A stretch of DNA of 62,811 nt, filler included, from Deltaproteobacteria bacterium (lineage in GTDB: Bacteria; JAEEML01): assembly GCA_016283195.1 (NCBI GenBank). It is 3 parts of 3 records of this genome, joined end to end, with 100 filler letters (N's around TTAATTAATTAA, not from the genome) between each part and the next. Parts side by side here need not be neighbours in the genome. Positions count along the whole stretch, not along the records: positions 24,086 to 52,705 come from JAEEML010000085.1; 2 more parts are not named here. One strand, written 5' to 3'. Below, piece after piece: positions 37,475 through 47,163 of the stretch (positions are counted from its first letter, which is position 1; every line of letters begins with the position of its first letter). The position numbers and the translations under genes are program-made. The notes under the pieces are model-generated. The model saw only the letters and a program-made list of their open reading frames with translations, made no database searches and was not told the origin of the DNA.

Positions 37475-39130
37475 ATGGACAGACCACAAAAAGAAACTTT
37501 GACTATAGAATTTAAGGGTGATCGTTCGCCGCTTAAACTAGATGATTTGTATCAGGCTATCGTAGCTATGGCCAACACAGATGGTGGCGTTATTTATTTG
37601 GGCATTGAGGATGATGGAACGGTCACAGGCTTACATCCTCAACACTCAAATATCGTAGAGATAGCAGCCAAAATTCAGACGCATACACACCCTTCAATTA
37701 CCCCGAATTTAAAGATTGAAAAATTTGATAATAAGCCTGTCTTGGTTATTGAGGTCATATCCTCCCGTAATCTCGTAATGACATCGGATGGTCGCTATTT
37801 GCGCAGACGGTTAAAACACGATGGTTTGCCGGAAGTCGTAGCGATGTTACCAAATGAAGTAATCCAACGTTTCGCCAGCATTCAGCAATTCGATCCTTCA
37901 TCACAAGTCGTCGAGCAAGTGCGTTCTGATGTGGCTTTGAATCCGTTAGAAAGAGAACGGTTACGTAGCATGATTCAAACTTATCATGGAGATTCGTCTC
38001 TATTGAGTCTTTCCAATGATGATTTGGATAAAGCGCTTGAACTGAGTCATGAATATGATGGCATTTTATATCCGACGATTACGGGGCTGCTTCTGATTGG
38101 ACATGAACAATATATAAAAAAGTATGTCCCTGGGCATGAAGTGTTATTTCAAGTGTTAAGTGGCGAAGATGTTTTGTCAAATTCTCCATCGATGCGTGGT
38201 TCTTTACTGTCAATATTCGAAACTGTAAACGTGTTGTTTCAATCCAGAGTAACTGAGAGTGAAATTCAAGTAGGACTATTCCGTGTACCCATTCCGAATT
38301 ATGAAAAAGAAGCATTTAGAGAAGGATTCGTTAATGCACTTGTTCATCGAGATTATTATCGAATGGGGGCAATTCATGTGCAGCTGCAGAAACACAATCT
38401 GATTATTTCTAATCCTGGTGGCTTTCTTGAAGGGGTTACACCTGATAATATTTTAACCGTAGCACCATCCCCTCGTAATCGATTATTGGCTGAAGCGGTA
38501 AAGCGTATTGGGCTAGCAGAACGCACAGGACGTGGTGTCGATAAGATTTATAGTTCTTTACTTCGAAGTGGACATGACATTCCCGATTATTCGGACAGCG
38601 ACAATACTAGGGTCGTTTTACGAATGAGTAGTGCGGAAGTGGATAAAGAATTTGTCAGAATGCTCGTTGTAGAGGAACAAAAAATTAATCAGTTAATGCC
38701 GATAAATGCTCTGATCATATTAAATGCGTTAAAATATGAACGCAGGCTTTCTTTATCTGATTTTGCAAAGAGAATTCAGCGTAGAGAAAGCGAGGCAAAA
38801 GAAACCGTAGAATGGCTTGTTGAAATTGGTATGGTTGAGGGCATAGGTAATAAAGCAGCTCGTCGTTACATGCTGAGTTCAAACGTCTATGCTCTTTCTG
38901 GCAATGCTGCAGGTTACTCTAGGCAACGAGGACTAACGACGGAAGAAGAAATAGCACAAATCAAACGAGTGCTGAATGAAACCTCCACAATTACTCGTGC
39001 AAAGGTGGTTGAAATCTGTTCGTGTTCTGAGAACCACGCATCATATCTTCTAAAAACCTTAGCAGATAACGGTATTATTGAACTTGTTAGGCATGGACGT
39101 AATACATATTATTTAAAAAAAACTACGTAA
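37475..39130 (+). CDS. AlbA_2/Schlafen-like + HATPase_c_4 + HTH protein
   Basis: IEFK, AMANTDGG.IYLGIEDDG, REGFVNALVHRDY, SNPGG, PRN.LLAE and ERTGRGVD motifs. Confidence 0.85.
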   Translation: MDRPQKETLTIEFKGDRSPLKLDDLYQAIVAMANTDGGVIYLGIEDDGTVTGLHPQHSNIVEIAAKIQTHTHPSITPNLKIEKFDNKPVLVIEVISSRNLVMTSDGRYLRRRLKHDGLPEVVAMLPNEVIQRFASIQQFDPSSQVVEQVRSDVALNPLERERLRSMIQTYHGDSSLLSLSNDDLDKALELSHEYDGILYPTITGLLLIGHEQYIKKYVPGHEVLFQVLSGEDVLSNSPSMRGSLLSIFETVNVLFQSRVTESEIQVGLFRVPIPNYEKEAFREGFVNALVHRDYYRMGAIHVQLQKHNLIISNPGGFLEGVTPDNILTVAPSPRNRLLAEAVKRIGLAERTGRGVDKIYSSLLRSGHDIPDYSDSDNTRVVLRMSSAEVDKEFVRMLVVEEQKINQLMPINALIILNALKYERRLSLSDFAKRIQRRESEAKETVEWLVEIGMVEGIGNKAARRYMLSSNVYALSGNAAGYSRQRGLTTEEEIAQIKRVLNETSTITRAKVVEICSCSENHASYLLKTLADNGIIELVRHGRNTYYLKKTT

Positions 39131-39157
39131 TATGAAGGTTGGGAACAGTGGATATTG

Positions 39158-39268
39158 AGTCTGAGAATAGTCTGAGAAAAAGTCTGAGAATGTGAGTGTA
39201 AGTCATTGAAAAATCGGCATATTGCCAGTGGAAAGTCTGAGAAAGAGTCTGAGAAAGAGTCTGAGAAA
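39158..39268 (+). repeat. Six AGTCTGAGAA copies in two triplets upstream of pglZ
   Basis: Copies at 39158, 39169, 39181, 39234, 39246 and 39258. Confidence 0.8.
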
Positions 39269-39277
39269 GGTAACCTC

Positions 39278-41863
39278 ATGGACATCGACACAATTATCCA
39301 AGACCTGAATCGCCGATTTGTGGCACCACTGCCAGAGTTCTATAAACGCAGGATCGTCGTTTGGATCGACGAAGATGCGGAGTTTTCGGACAAGCTGGAT
39401 AAAATTACAGTGAATGGTGCGAAGGTCATCGCCCTCACCGGCGCCAACAACTTTTATGTGAAGAAGCTGTTAGCAGTGGACGACCAGAACAGCAATTATC
39501 TTGTATACCGTCCGTTTGCATACGAATCCGACGAGGATAACTGGTTGCTGGATATTGAACTTTATGGCGAGGAGTTTCGGGCTGATCTGGTATCCATGTG
39601 GATGGACGAGATGGGCCTGCCACAGACGCCAACGCTTCGCCATTGTATTAAGCAGTTCCGCAAGTTTTTCAATGCCCAGGCTCGTCGAAACAAAATATCT
39701 TCGCAGACAACCACGCCCGGTCAGCTGCATGTATCCATCATGGCTGTGTTAGCTGGTCTAAAAGATGTGAAACCAAACGCAATTCTCAAAGCTGTGTTGA
39801 AAGCGGGGCTGGATAAGAACAACAATCCCGTCTATGCAGAGTTTGTGAACTACGGTGTAGATGAGATATTTTGGCGCATGGTAAAGCAGGGCACCGGATA
39901 CCAGGGCATGGAACTTGCCCAGCTGGCCACACACCTACTGCTGACAGCTTCCACCCGGACTATGCGTCAGGAATTTCTTGCCGGACTCCAAACGTTCATC
40001 TCCTCCGCGCATCAACCGTACTGCTATGACTTCGTGTCCGACTGGATGCACAGTGAAGATGCCGGGGACATCTATGCTATCGCGGAGCACGTGGAGAACG
40101 AGCTGGAACTTCAGCAACAGTTTATGAAACTGCAGGTAGCCGATCTCGTGGATACGGAGACTTTCCCGTGTATCAACGAGGTTATCCTCAAGAAGCTGAT
40201 GACCGAGATTAGTAACTATATCATCAACGTGGACACGATTACCCAGACCGTGGAGAAGCGCCGTATCTGCGTTTGGTACGAAGACGTGAAGAACTACTAC
40301 GAAGGCATTCTGCAGGTAGCCAAAATGCAGGCCTTCTTCAAGGAACATTCTGCCGGATTCCACACAGTGGAGTCTGCGAAGATTTGGAAGGAGTACACGA
40401 AGGAATACTACATCATGGATACCTATTACAGGGAGTTCCTTAAATGCTATTCCGAAAGCCTGAAATACTACCATAAAGAGCTCTCTGACCTCTTTACCCA
40501 CGTGATGGAAAAAGTAGAGGGTCTGTATGTGACATGGTTTCTAGGTCAGCTGGGGCAGAACTGGAGTGACGCCTGTTCCGAAGAGCTCCAGAAGTATGGC
40601 CGCATTCTGGAAGTGGATCAACAGGTGGATTTTTACCGTCAAAAGGTAGCCTCTTCCGATAGTAAGGTCTACGTTATCATCTCTGATGCCATGCGCTTTG
40701 AGGTGGCAGCATCCCTTGCTGAGCAGTTGCAGAGGGAAACGCAAGCACAAGTTAACCTGAAATCCATGCAGGGCATCTTTCCAACCATCACTAAGTTTGG
40801 CATGGCTGCGCTCCTTCCACATAAAGCTTTATCAGTTGAACTGAAAAGCGGAAAGACCGCTGGGCTGGTTGTGCTGGCTGATGGGCAGTCCACTGAGGCT
40901 CCGAACCGGGACAAGCTCCTGAAGACTGCTGATTCAGCCAGTGTTGCTTTGAAGTATAAAGATATTATCGGGATGAAGCGTGCCGACCGGCAGGCACTCA
41001 TCAAAGGTATGAACGTTGTGTACATCTACCATGATACCATCGACGCAGCTGGTCATGCCGAGAATGATGTGTTCAGAGCATGCGAGGAGGCCATTGAAGA
41101 ACTGAAGAACATGGTGCGTATCATCACCAACGAGTGGGGCGGTGCGTACATCCTCATCACTTCTGATCACGGCTTTTTGTACACCGATAGTCCGTTGACT
41201 GAGGATGACAAGGTGGACAAGACCACCGAATCGGAACAGGATGTGGAAATCGATCGCCGCTACGCCATCATGAAGCGCGGTGCACAGCCCCAGTATCTGC
41301 TGCCTGTAAAGCTCTTGGGTGGTGACACGCTATATGATGCCTTTGCTCCCAGAGAGAATATCCGCATCAAAAAAAAAGGCGGTGGTCTGAACTTTGTGCA
41401 CGGAGGCATTAGCCTGCAGGAGATGGTAGTGCCAGTTATCGAATATCATTTTCTGCGGAACCAAAGCAGCGAATACAAAAAGAACCGTAGCAAGTACGAC
41501 ACGAAGCCCGTGGAGATTGCTCTGCTCTCCGCAAGTAGGAAGATCTCCAACATGATCTTCTCCCTGAGCTTCTATCAGAAGGAACCGGTTAGCTACAACC
41601 GTGAGAAGTCTACCTTTCAGCTGTACTTCACAGATAGCACCGGCAAGCCTGTCAGCGACGCTGCGACTATCATTGCGGACAAGACCTCAGACAACGCGCA
41701 GGAGCGCACCTTCCGCTGCAGCTTCAATCTGAAACAGCTGAAATACAGTAATATGGAACAGTATTATCTTGTCACCACGGACGAAAACAGGAAAATTGTC
41801 TCCCGCGAGGAATTCCAGATCGACATCGCGTTTGCGGTAGATGAATTCGACTTTTTCAACTAA
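39278..41863 (+). CDS. pglZ: BREX PglZ (alkaline-phosphatase fold)
   Basis: YKRRIVVW.D, VIISDAMRFEVA, FPTITKFGMAALLP, ITSDHGFLY and FVHGGISLQE motifs. ATG at 39278. Confidence 0.94.
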   Translation: MDIDTIIQDLNRRFVAPLPEFYKRRIVVWIDEDAEFSDKLDKITVNGAKVIALTGANNFYVKKLLAVDDQNSNYLVYRPFAYESDEDNWLLDIELYGEEFRADLVSMWMDEMGLPQTPTLRHCIKQFRKFFNAQARRNKISSQTTTPGQLHVSIMAVLAGLKDVKPNAILKAVLKAGLDKNNNPVYAEFVNYGVDEIFWRMVKQGTGYQGMELAQLATHLLLTASTRTMRQEFLAGLQTFISSAHQPYCYDFVSDWMHSEDAGDIYAIAEHVENELELQQQFMKLQVADLVDTETFPCINEVILKKLMTEISNYIINVDTITQTVEKRRICVWYEDVKNYYEGILQVAKMQAFFKEHSAGFHTVESAKIWKEYTKEYYIMDTYYREFLKCYSESLKYYHKELSDLFTHVMEKVEGLYVTWFLGQLGQNWSDACSEELQKYGRILEVDQQVDFYRQKVASSDSKVYVIISDAMRFEVAASLAEQLQRETQAQVNLKSMQGIFPTITKFGMAALLPHKALSVELKSGKTAGLVVLADGQSTEAPNRDKLLKTADSASVALKYKDIIGMKRADRQALIKGMNVVYIYHDTIDAAGHAENDVFRACEEAIEELKNMVRIITNEWGGAYILITSDHGFLYTDSPLTEDDKVDKTTESEQDVEIDRRYAIMKRGAQPQYLLPVKLLGGDTLYDAFAPRENIRIKKKGGGLNFVHGGISLQEMVVPVIEYHFLRNQSSEYKKNRSKYDTKPVEIALLSASRKISNMIFSLSFYQKEPVSYNREKSTFQLYFTDSTGKPVSDAATIIADKTSDNAQERTFRCSFNLKQLKYSNMEQYYLVTTDENRKIVSREEFQIDIAFAVDEFDFFN

Positions 41864-42036
41864 ATCCTCAATGTGCCTGCAAAATATGGCAATTGTTTCC
41901 TCGCTCAACTTATAAGAGTTCTCCCCAGTTATTTACCAATCATGGTCACTTTGCACTACAAAATTTAAGCGAAATGGAGTATGAGAGTGGCGAAGCTGGC
42001 AGCAGGGGTTTCTGCTGAGCTTAAAAGGAGTATCTT

Positions 42037-43875
42037 ATGGAAGATCAGGAAATTGCCGAAAAAGTTCGTTCTCTCTCACCCGAGGCTCTCGCCCTTTACA
42101 AAGTGCGTCACAGTTTGGCTCACGTTTTGGCCGATGCGGTAACTCAGCTCTACCCGGGCACGGCCTGCGGTTTTGGCCCGCCGATAGATAGCGGTTTTTA
42201 TTATGATTTTGATTTGCCGGTAAAATTAGAGCAGGAAGATCTGGCAGCCATTGAAAAGAAAATGCGCCAGATAATCAGCGGCAATTTTGAATTTACGCGC
42301 GAAGATTACACCCCGGCCGAGGCCATTCCGGTTATCGAAAAAATGGGCCAGTCTTACAAATTGGAGCTCGCCAAAGAATTAGAGGAAAAACAGGTAAAAT
42401 CCATCTCGCTCTATAAGCACAATAATTTTACCGATGTCTGCGAAGGGCCCCATGTAAATAATACCAAAGAGCTGCAAAAAGTGGCTTTTCAGCTGGACAG
42501 CATTGCCGGCTCATACTGGCGCGGCAGCGAAAAAAACAAAATGCTTACGCGTATTTATGCTCTCGCCTTTAACACCAAAGAGGAGCTCAAGGAGTTTATC
42601 CGCCTGCGCGAAGAGGCTAAAGCCCGCGACCACCGCAAATTGGGCCAGGAGCTCGATATTTTCCACATTGACAGCGATATCGGCGTGGGCCTGCCGCTCT
42701 GGCTGCCCAACGGCACGGTGCTCCGCGAGGAGCTGGAAAAGCTGGCCAAAGAGTATGAATTTAAATATGGCTACTCCCGCGTTGCTACTCCGGATATCGC
42801 CCGCGAGCAGCTCTATTACCGCTCCGGCCACCTGCCATATTATAAAAAGTCGATGTTTCCGCCCATGACGCTCATCGAGACCGACGACAACGGCGAAGAG
42901 ACTTCGCGCGAGACTTTCTACCTCCGCCCCATGAACTGCCCGCACCACCACATGATTTTTAAGGCGCGGCCCCATTCTTACCGCGATTTGCCGCTGCGCC
43001 TCACCGAGTATGGCCATGATTACCGCTTTGAAAAATCGGGCCAGGTGGCCGGGCTTTTGCGCGTTCGCGGCATGTGCATGAATGATGCCCACATTTATGT
43101 GCCCGAAGAGCTCGCTAAAGAAGAGTTTATTCGCGTGATGCAGCTCCACATGGATTATTATAAGCTTTTGGAATTTAGCTCCTGGCGCATGCGCCTCTCG
43201 CTGCCCAGCGAGGATAACAGCAAATATCTGCCAAAGCCCGACCTCTGGAAGCGGGCTATCAATGTTTGTGTTGAAGGCATGAAGGATCTCGGGCTCGATT
43301 ATGAAGCGGTGGAGGGCGAAGCGGCCTTCTACGGCCCCAAAATCGATGTGCAGGTGAAAAATGTCATCGGCCGCGAAGAGACAGCTTCCACCAACCAGGT
43401 GGACCCCATGGCCGCTCAGGAAGACCGCTTTGACATGACCTATGTGGGTAAAGACGGCGGCCTCCATCGCCCCTTTGTTTTGCACCGCGCCCCGCTGGGC
43501 ACGCATGAGCGCTTTATCGCCTTTTTGATTGAGCACTATGCCGGCGCTTTCCCCACCTGGTTGGCTCCGGTTCAGGTGGCCATTTTGCCGGTTACCAGCG
43601 AGCAGCTCCCCTATGCCGAAAAAGTGCGTAAAGCCCTCTTTGATAACTTTGTGCGCGTGGAAGTGGATGATTCCAACGATACTTTGGGCAAGAAAATTCG
43701 CCGCGCCACCACTAGGAAGATTCCCATTAGCCTCATCATCGGCCAGCAGGAAGCGACAGACGGCAAAGTGACTATCCGCCGCTACACCAAACAGCAGGAA
43801 AAGGTGGCTATGCCGCTCGATACCTTTGTTACTGAGCTCATGGCCGAAATCAAAGAGCGCCGCTGGGTGCGCTAA
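42037..43875 (+). CDS. thrS: Threonine--tRNA ligase
   Basis: RHSLAHVLA, D.CEGPHV, RDHRKLG, LRPMNCPHH, AFYGPKID and HRAPLG motifs. Confidence 0.97.
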   Translation: MEDQEIAEKVRSLSPEALALYKVRHSLAHVLADAVTQLYPGTACGFGPPIDSGFYYDFDLPVKLEQEDLAAIEKKMRQIISGNFEFTREDYTPAEAIPVIEKMGQSYKLELAKELEEKQVKSISLYKHNNFTDVCEGPHVNNTKELQKVAFQLDSIAGSYWRGSEKNKMLTRIYALAFNTKEELKEFIRLREEAKARDHRKLGQELDIFHIDSDIGVGLPLWLPNGTVLREELEKLAKEYEFKYGYSRVATPDIAREQLYYRSGHLPYYKKSMFPPMTLIETDDNGEETSRETFYLRPMNCPHHHMIFKARPHSYRDLPLRLTEYGHDYRFEKSGQVAGLLRVRGMCMNDAHIYVPEELAKEEFIRVMQLHMDYYKLLEFSSWRMRLSLPSEDNSKYLPKPDLWKRAINVCVEGMKDLGLDYEAVEGEAAFYGPKIDVQVKNVIGREETASTNQVDPMAAQEDRFDMTYVGKDGGLHRPFVLHRAPLGTHERFIAFLIEHYAGAFPTWLAPVQVAILPVTSEQLPYAEKVRKALFDNFVRVEVDDSNDTLGKKIRRATTRKIPISLIIGQQEATDGKVTIRRYTKQQEKVAMPLDTFVTELMAEIKERRWVR

Positions 43876-43890
43876 TTATTAGGGGGCACT

Positions 43891-44076
43891 ATGGCTGGAG
43901 CGATACCGGAATTTAGCGAAAAAGTAGCCGACCAACTGGCGAGCGCCTTGCGCAAAGCTATTGAGATTTTGCAGCTGCCCACCAGCGATTCGCTGGAGGT
44001 GATAAAAGAACGCTTGACAGATATCGGGGAAATTGTTGATGAATTAAATGAGCGCTGCGATAAACTCGTAAGCTGA
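43891..44076 (+). CDS. Small hypothetical protein
   Basis: 61 aa, helical, with an RBS, in operon position. Confidence 0.5.
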   Translation: MAGAIPEFSEKVADQLASALRKAIEILQLPTSDSLEVIKERLTDIGEIVDELNERCDKLVS

Positions 44077-44106
44077 ATTTTTAAAGCGGAGCTAAAAGAG
44101 CACCAC

Positions 44107-45156
44107 ATGACCAGAGAAGATCGCCCTGTTCAAAAAGCCCCTGAACAAACCGCCGCTACGCTCATTGAGCTGGCGCACCTAGGCAGTGAGCTTTGTGCCG
44201 CGCTGGCGCCGGAGGCCTTAAAAACAGTTTTACTCAGGCAATTTATGGAACTCTTTGACCCCAAAGAGTTTCTTCTGGCCTGGCGCGAGCCCAAAGCTGT
44301 GAGCCGCGAGCCCTGCAAAGTATTTTTTTCCTCTCTCACTGTTAGTACTCTCTGGCCGGTTGGGGCGCCGTTGCCGCCTGCCGACTATGTTCTAAATTTG
44401 GCTAAAGAGGCCAAAGAGCCCTTGATTTATGCCCTTAGTGAGCTTAACGCCGGTAACTTGCCGCCGCGCTTAAAGGCTCATGCAGAGGGAGCGCTTATTG
44501 TTCTGCCCTTGCGCCTAAGCGGCCGGTTTTGCGGCTTTGCGGAAATTTTACTCCCTGAAGAGCTGCTGACTAATGAAGTGCTTAAAAATGCTTTTTTAGC
44601 CGCTTATGCCTGTTTTATGGCCATAGCTATTAAAAACAGCCAGGCTTTTGCCAGCACCAATATGTTGGCCATAAGTGATGATTGCACCACGTTATATAAT
44701 GCCCGTTTTTTGGAAAAGTGCCTGGAAGACGAAGTAAGCCGCGCTGTACGCTATGATCATCCTTTGGTTTGCCTCTTTTTGGATTTAGATTATTTTAAGC
44801 TGGTAAATGATAACCACGGCCATTTAAATGGTAGCTATCTTTTGCAACAAGTAGCTATATTTATTAAAAAATTTATTCGTCGTACTGATATTGCCTTTCG
44901 CTATGGCGGCGATGAATTTGTGGTTCTCATGCCGGAGACCACTAAGCATGGTGGCCAAAAAGCTGCCGAGCGCCTTTTAGAGCTCTTAAAGAGTGAGGTC
45001 TTTTATACGCTTGATAAAAAGCCGCTTAATATTTCTGCCAGTATTGGGGTAGCCGCTTTTGATGGGCAGATGAGTGGTGATGAGCTGCTCTCACTGGCTG
45101 ATAAAGCCATGTATTATGTCAAAGAGCACGGCCGTGGGGCAGTTAAAGTGGAGTGA
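44107..45156 (+). CDS. Sensor (GAF-like) diguanylate cyclase
   Basis: DLDYFKLVND.HGH, RRTD I-site, RYGGDEF and SASIGVA motifs. Confidence 0.9.
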   Translation: MTREDRPVQKAPEQTAATLIELAHLGSELCAALAPEALKTVLLRQFMELFDPKEFLLAWREPKAVSREPCKVFFSSLTVSTLWPVGAPLPPADYVLNLAKEAKEPLIYALSELNAGNLPPRLKAHAEGALIVLPLRLSGRFCGFAEILLPEELLTNEVLKNAFLAAYACFMAIAIKNSQAFASTNMLAISDDCTTLYNARFLEKCLEDEVSRAVRYDHPLVCLFLDLDYFKLVNDNHGHLNGSYLLQQVAIFIKKFIRRTDIAFRYGGDEFVVLMPETTKHGGQKAAERLLELLKSEVFYTLDKKPLNISASIGVAAFDGQMSGDELLSLADKAMYYVKEHGRGAVKVE

Positions 45157-45244
45157 GCTTCTTTTGCTTCACGGCACTATTATACTCTTGGTAAAAAACG
45201 CCGCATAGGTTATAATTATCCGGTCTTTCTTTGAGGAGGGCAAG

Positions 45245-46078
45245 ATGCTGCACACAACATTATTTACCCTTTTAACTGTGGTACTTTCAGCGGCGCCTCA
45301 TGCCAGAGGCGGGGCTGTGGAGACGGAAAAAACGCGCTTTGCCGCCAAAAAAGCCATTGATTTTGCCGGCCAGGTTGTGCCGCCGGGGCAATACATTCTT
45401 TCGCTGGTGGGGGAGGAATTGCTCTTTTCTTATGAGCACAATATGATGGTGGTAACCAAATTGCCCATTACCGCCGAGCCCAATAAAACCTATTTTCACC
45501 TGCCGCAGGTGAAAGTGGAAGCGGAGGGCGAGAAGATTACCATCACCTATTTTAGCCAAGATAAAAAATACACCATCAGCGGCCTGGAGCTTGAGAAGTA
45601 TTCGCCGCAACAAAAAGGGCAGGTTGAGCAGGTAAAAAAGGTGGATGAGAAGGTGGCTGCGCCGGCAGCGCATGATGATTATGCCCAGGATTTGCTGGCC
45701 GCCATCAAAAAGCTGGAAAAGCAGGTGGAGCACTGCGAGGATGTGGCCATAAGGCGCAATGCCGCGAAATTTGATGAAAAATTAACTCTTTGTGTTTGCC
45801 CCATCGCGCAGAAATGGAAATTGCCGCCGCCCAAAACGCTTTACCGCAAAGATCGGCGCTTTAGAAAGAAAACCCACGGTTATTCTTTAATGATTGACCA
45901 AATGGGCAAAGTTATCGATTGCGCCGTTTGGGCCAAAAAACCTGATGCTAATCCCTTCCATCAGGAGTATCAGGCCGCTGGTGATGGGCAAAAAAAGGCG
46001 CCGGCTACTATAAAAGAAGGGCCACGGCCTAATCAGGAAGCTGGGCCGCAAAAAAATCCCATTCCGCCTAAGCAATAA
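45245..46078 (+). CDS. Hypothetical exported protein
   Basis: GAGGAGG RBS and signal peptide. No family recognised. Confidence 0.6.
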   Translation: MLHTTLFTLLTVVLSAAPHARGGAVETEKTRFAAKKAIDFAGQVVPPGQYILSLVGEELLFSYEHNMMVVTKLPITAEPNKTYFHLPQVKVEAEGEKITITYFSQDKKYTISGLELEKYSPQQKGQVEQVKKVDEKVAAPAAHDDYAQDLLAAIKKLEKQVEHCEDVAIRRNAAKFDEKLTLCVCPIAQKWKLPPPKTLYRKDRRFRKKTHGYSLMIDQMGKVIDCAVWAKKPDANPFHQEYQAAGDGQKKAPATIKEGPRPNQEAGPQKNPIPPKQ

Positions 46079-46095
46079 AAAGAAAGTCTCTTTGG

Positions 46096-47163
46096 GTGTC
46101 TATTATAAGTAATTTTTCCGCTTGGGCCTATAAGGGCAAGCCGCCGGGCTTTTTAGGGGGCCTCTTTTGGTATCTTTTTTTACGGCCTTTTAGCCTTCTT
46201 TATGCTTTGGCCCTAAAACTGAGCCCTCTTTTTAGCCGGCGGCCCAGAAAATTGCCGCTGCCGGTTATTTCTATCGGCTCGCTCACTGTGGGCGGGGCCG
46301 GCAAGAGCCCCATTACTGCTTTTTTAGCCGAATTTTTTTTGCAAAAAGGGTTTAAACCGGCAATTTTGAGCCGTGGTTACGGCCGGCAGAATAAAGAACT
46401 CATAGTGGTGGCGGATGGGCAAAAAGTCCTGGCCTCTTCCTGGCGCGAAAGCGGTGACGAGCCGCTGCTGCTGGCGAAACAACTGGGCGGGAAGGCTATT
46501 GTTATTGCTCATAAAAATCGCTATCTTGGTGGCCTTAAGGCCAGAGAACTTGGCGCCGATGTGCTGCTTCTCGATGATGGCGCTCAGCACCGGGCTCTCT
46601 CTCGTGATTTGGATATTATTGTTTTGCCGGCCGAGGCGCCGCTGGGTAATGGCTATCTTTTACCGGCCGGGCCGCTTAGAGAGAGCCCCAAAAGGCTCAA
46701 AACAGCCAATTTGCTCTGGCTGCACGGAATGGCTACCGGGAATTTGCCGGCGCATAATTTGCCCACTGTGCGGAGCGCTTATAAAAAGCCTAAGATATAT
46801 TTGGCAAACGGCGAGCTTTTGCCCTTAAATGGCCAAAAAACCTTGGCTTTTTGCGGTCTGGCCCGGCCGGCTGGCTTTTTTGCTTCTTTGAATGAGCTAA
46901 ATATTGAGCTTATGGAGAGAGTGGCTTTTGCCGATCATCATCCATATAGCCCTAGCGATATGGCCGCTATTTGCCAAAAAGCGCTTAGTAGCGGGGCCAG
47001 TTTACTCATCACCAGCGCAAAAGATTGGGTTAAAGTGGCCGGTTTTCCCTGCCCGCCCGATATAACTCTGGCTTATGCTGCGACCGATATTATCATTAGT
47101 GACGAAGCGCCGCTTGATAGTGAACTAGATAAAATAATATCTTTGATAAGGACCGAAAAATGA
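46096..47163 (+). CDS. lpxK: Tetraacyldisaccharide 4'-kinase
   Basis: PVISIGSLTVGGAGKSP, LSRGYG, GDEPLL, LDDGAQH, LPAGPLRE and FADHH motifs. Confidence 0.93.
   Translation: MSIISNFSAWAYKGKPPGFLGGLFWYLFLRPFSLLYALALKLSPLFSRRPRKLPLPVISIGSLTVGGAGKSPITAFLAEFFLQKGFKPAILSRGYGRQNKELIVVADGQKVLASSWRESGDEPLLLAKQLGGKAIVIAHKNRYLGGLKARELGADVLLLDDGAQHRALSRDLDIIVLPAEAPLGNGYLLPAGPLRESPKRLKTANLLWLHGMATGNLPAHNLPTVRSAYKKPKIYLANGELLPLNGQKTLAFCGLARPAGFFASLNELNIELMERVAFADHHPYSPSDMAAICQKALSSGASLLITSAKDWVKVAGFPCPPDITLAYAATDIIISDEAPLDSELDKIISLIRTEK

Noticed and set aside
26560-42000. att sites or integrase delimiting the BREX island
   Set aside because: No convincing flanking direct repeat, tRNA or recombinase was visible by eye.
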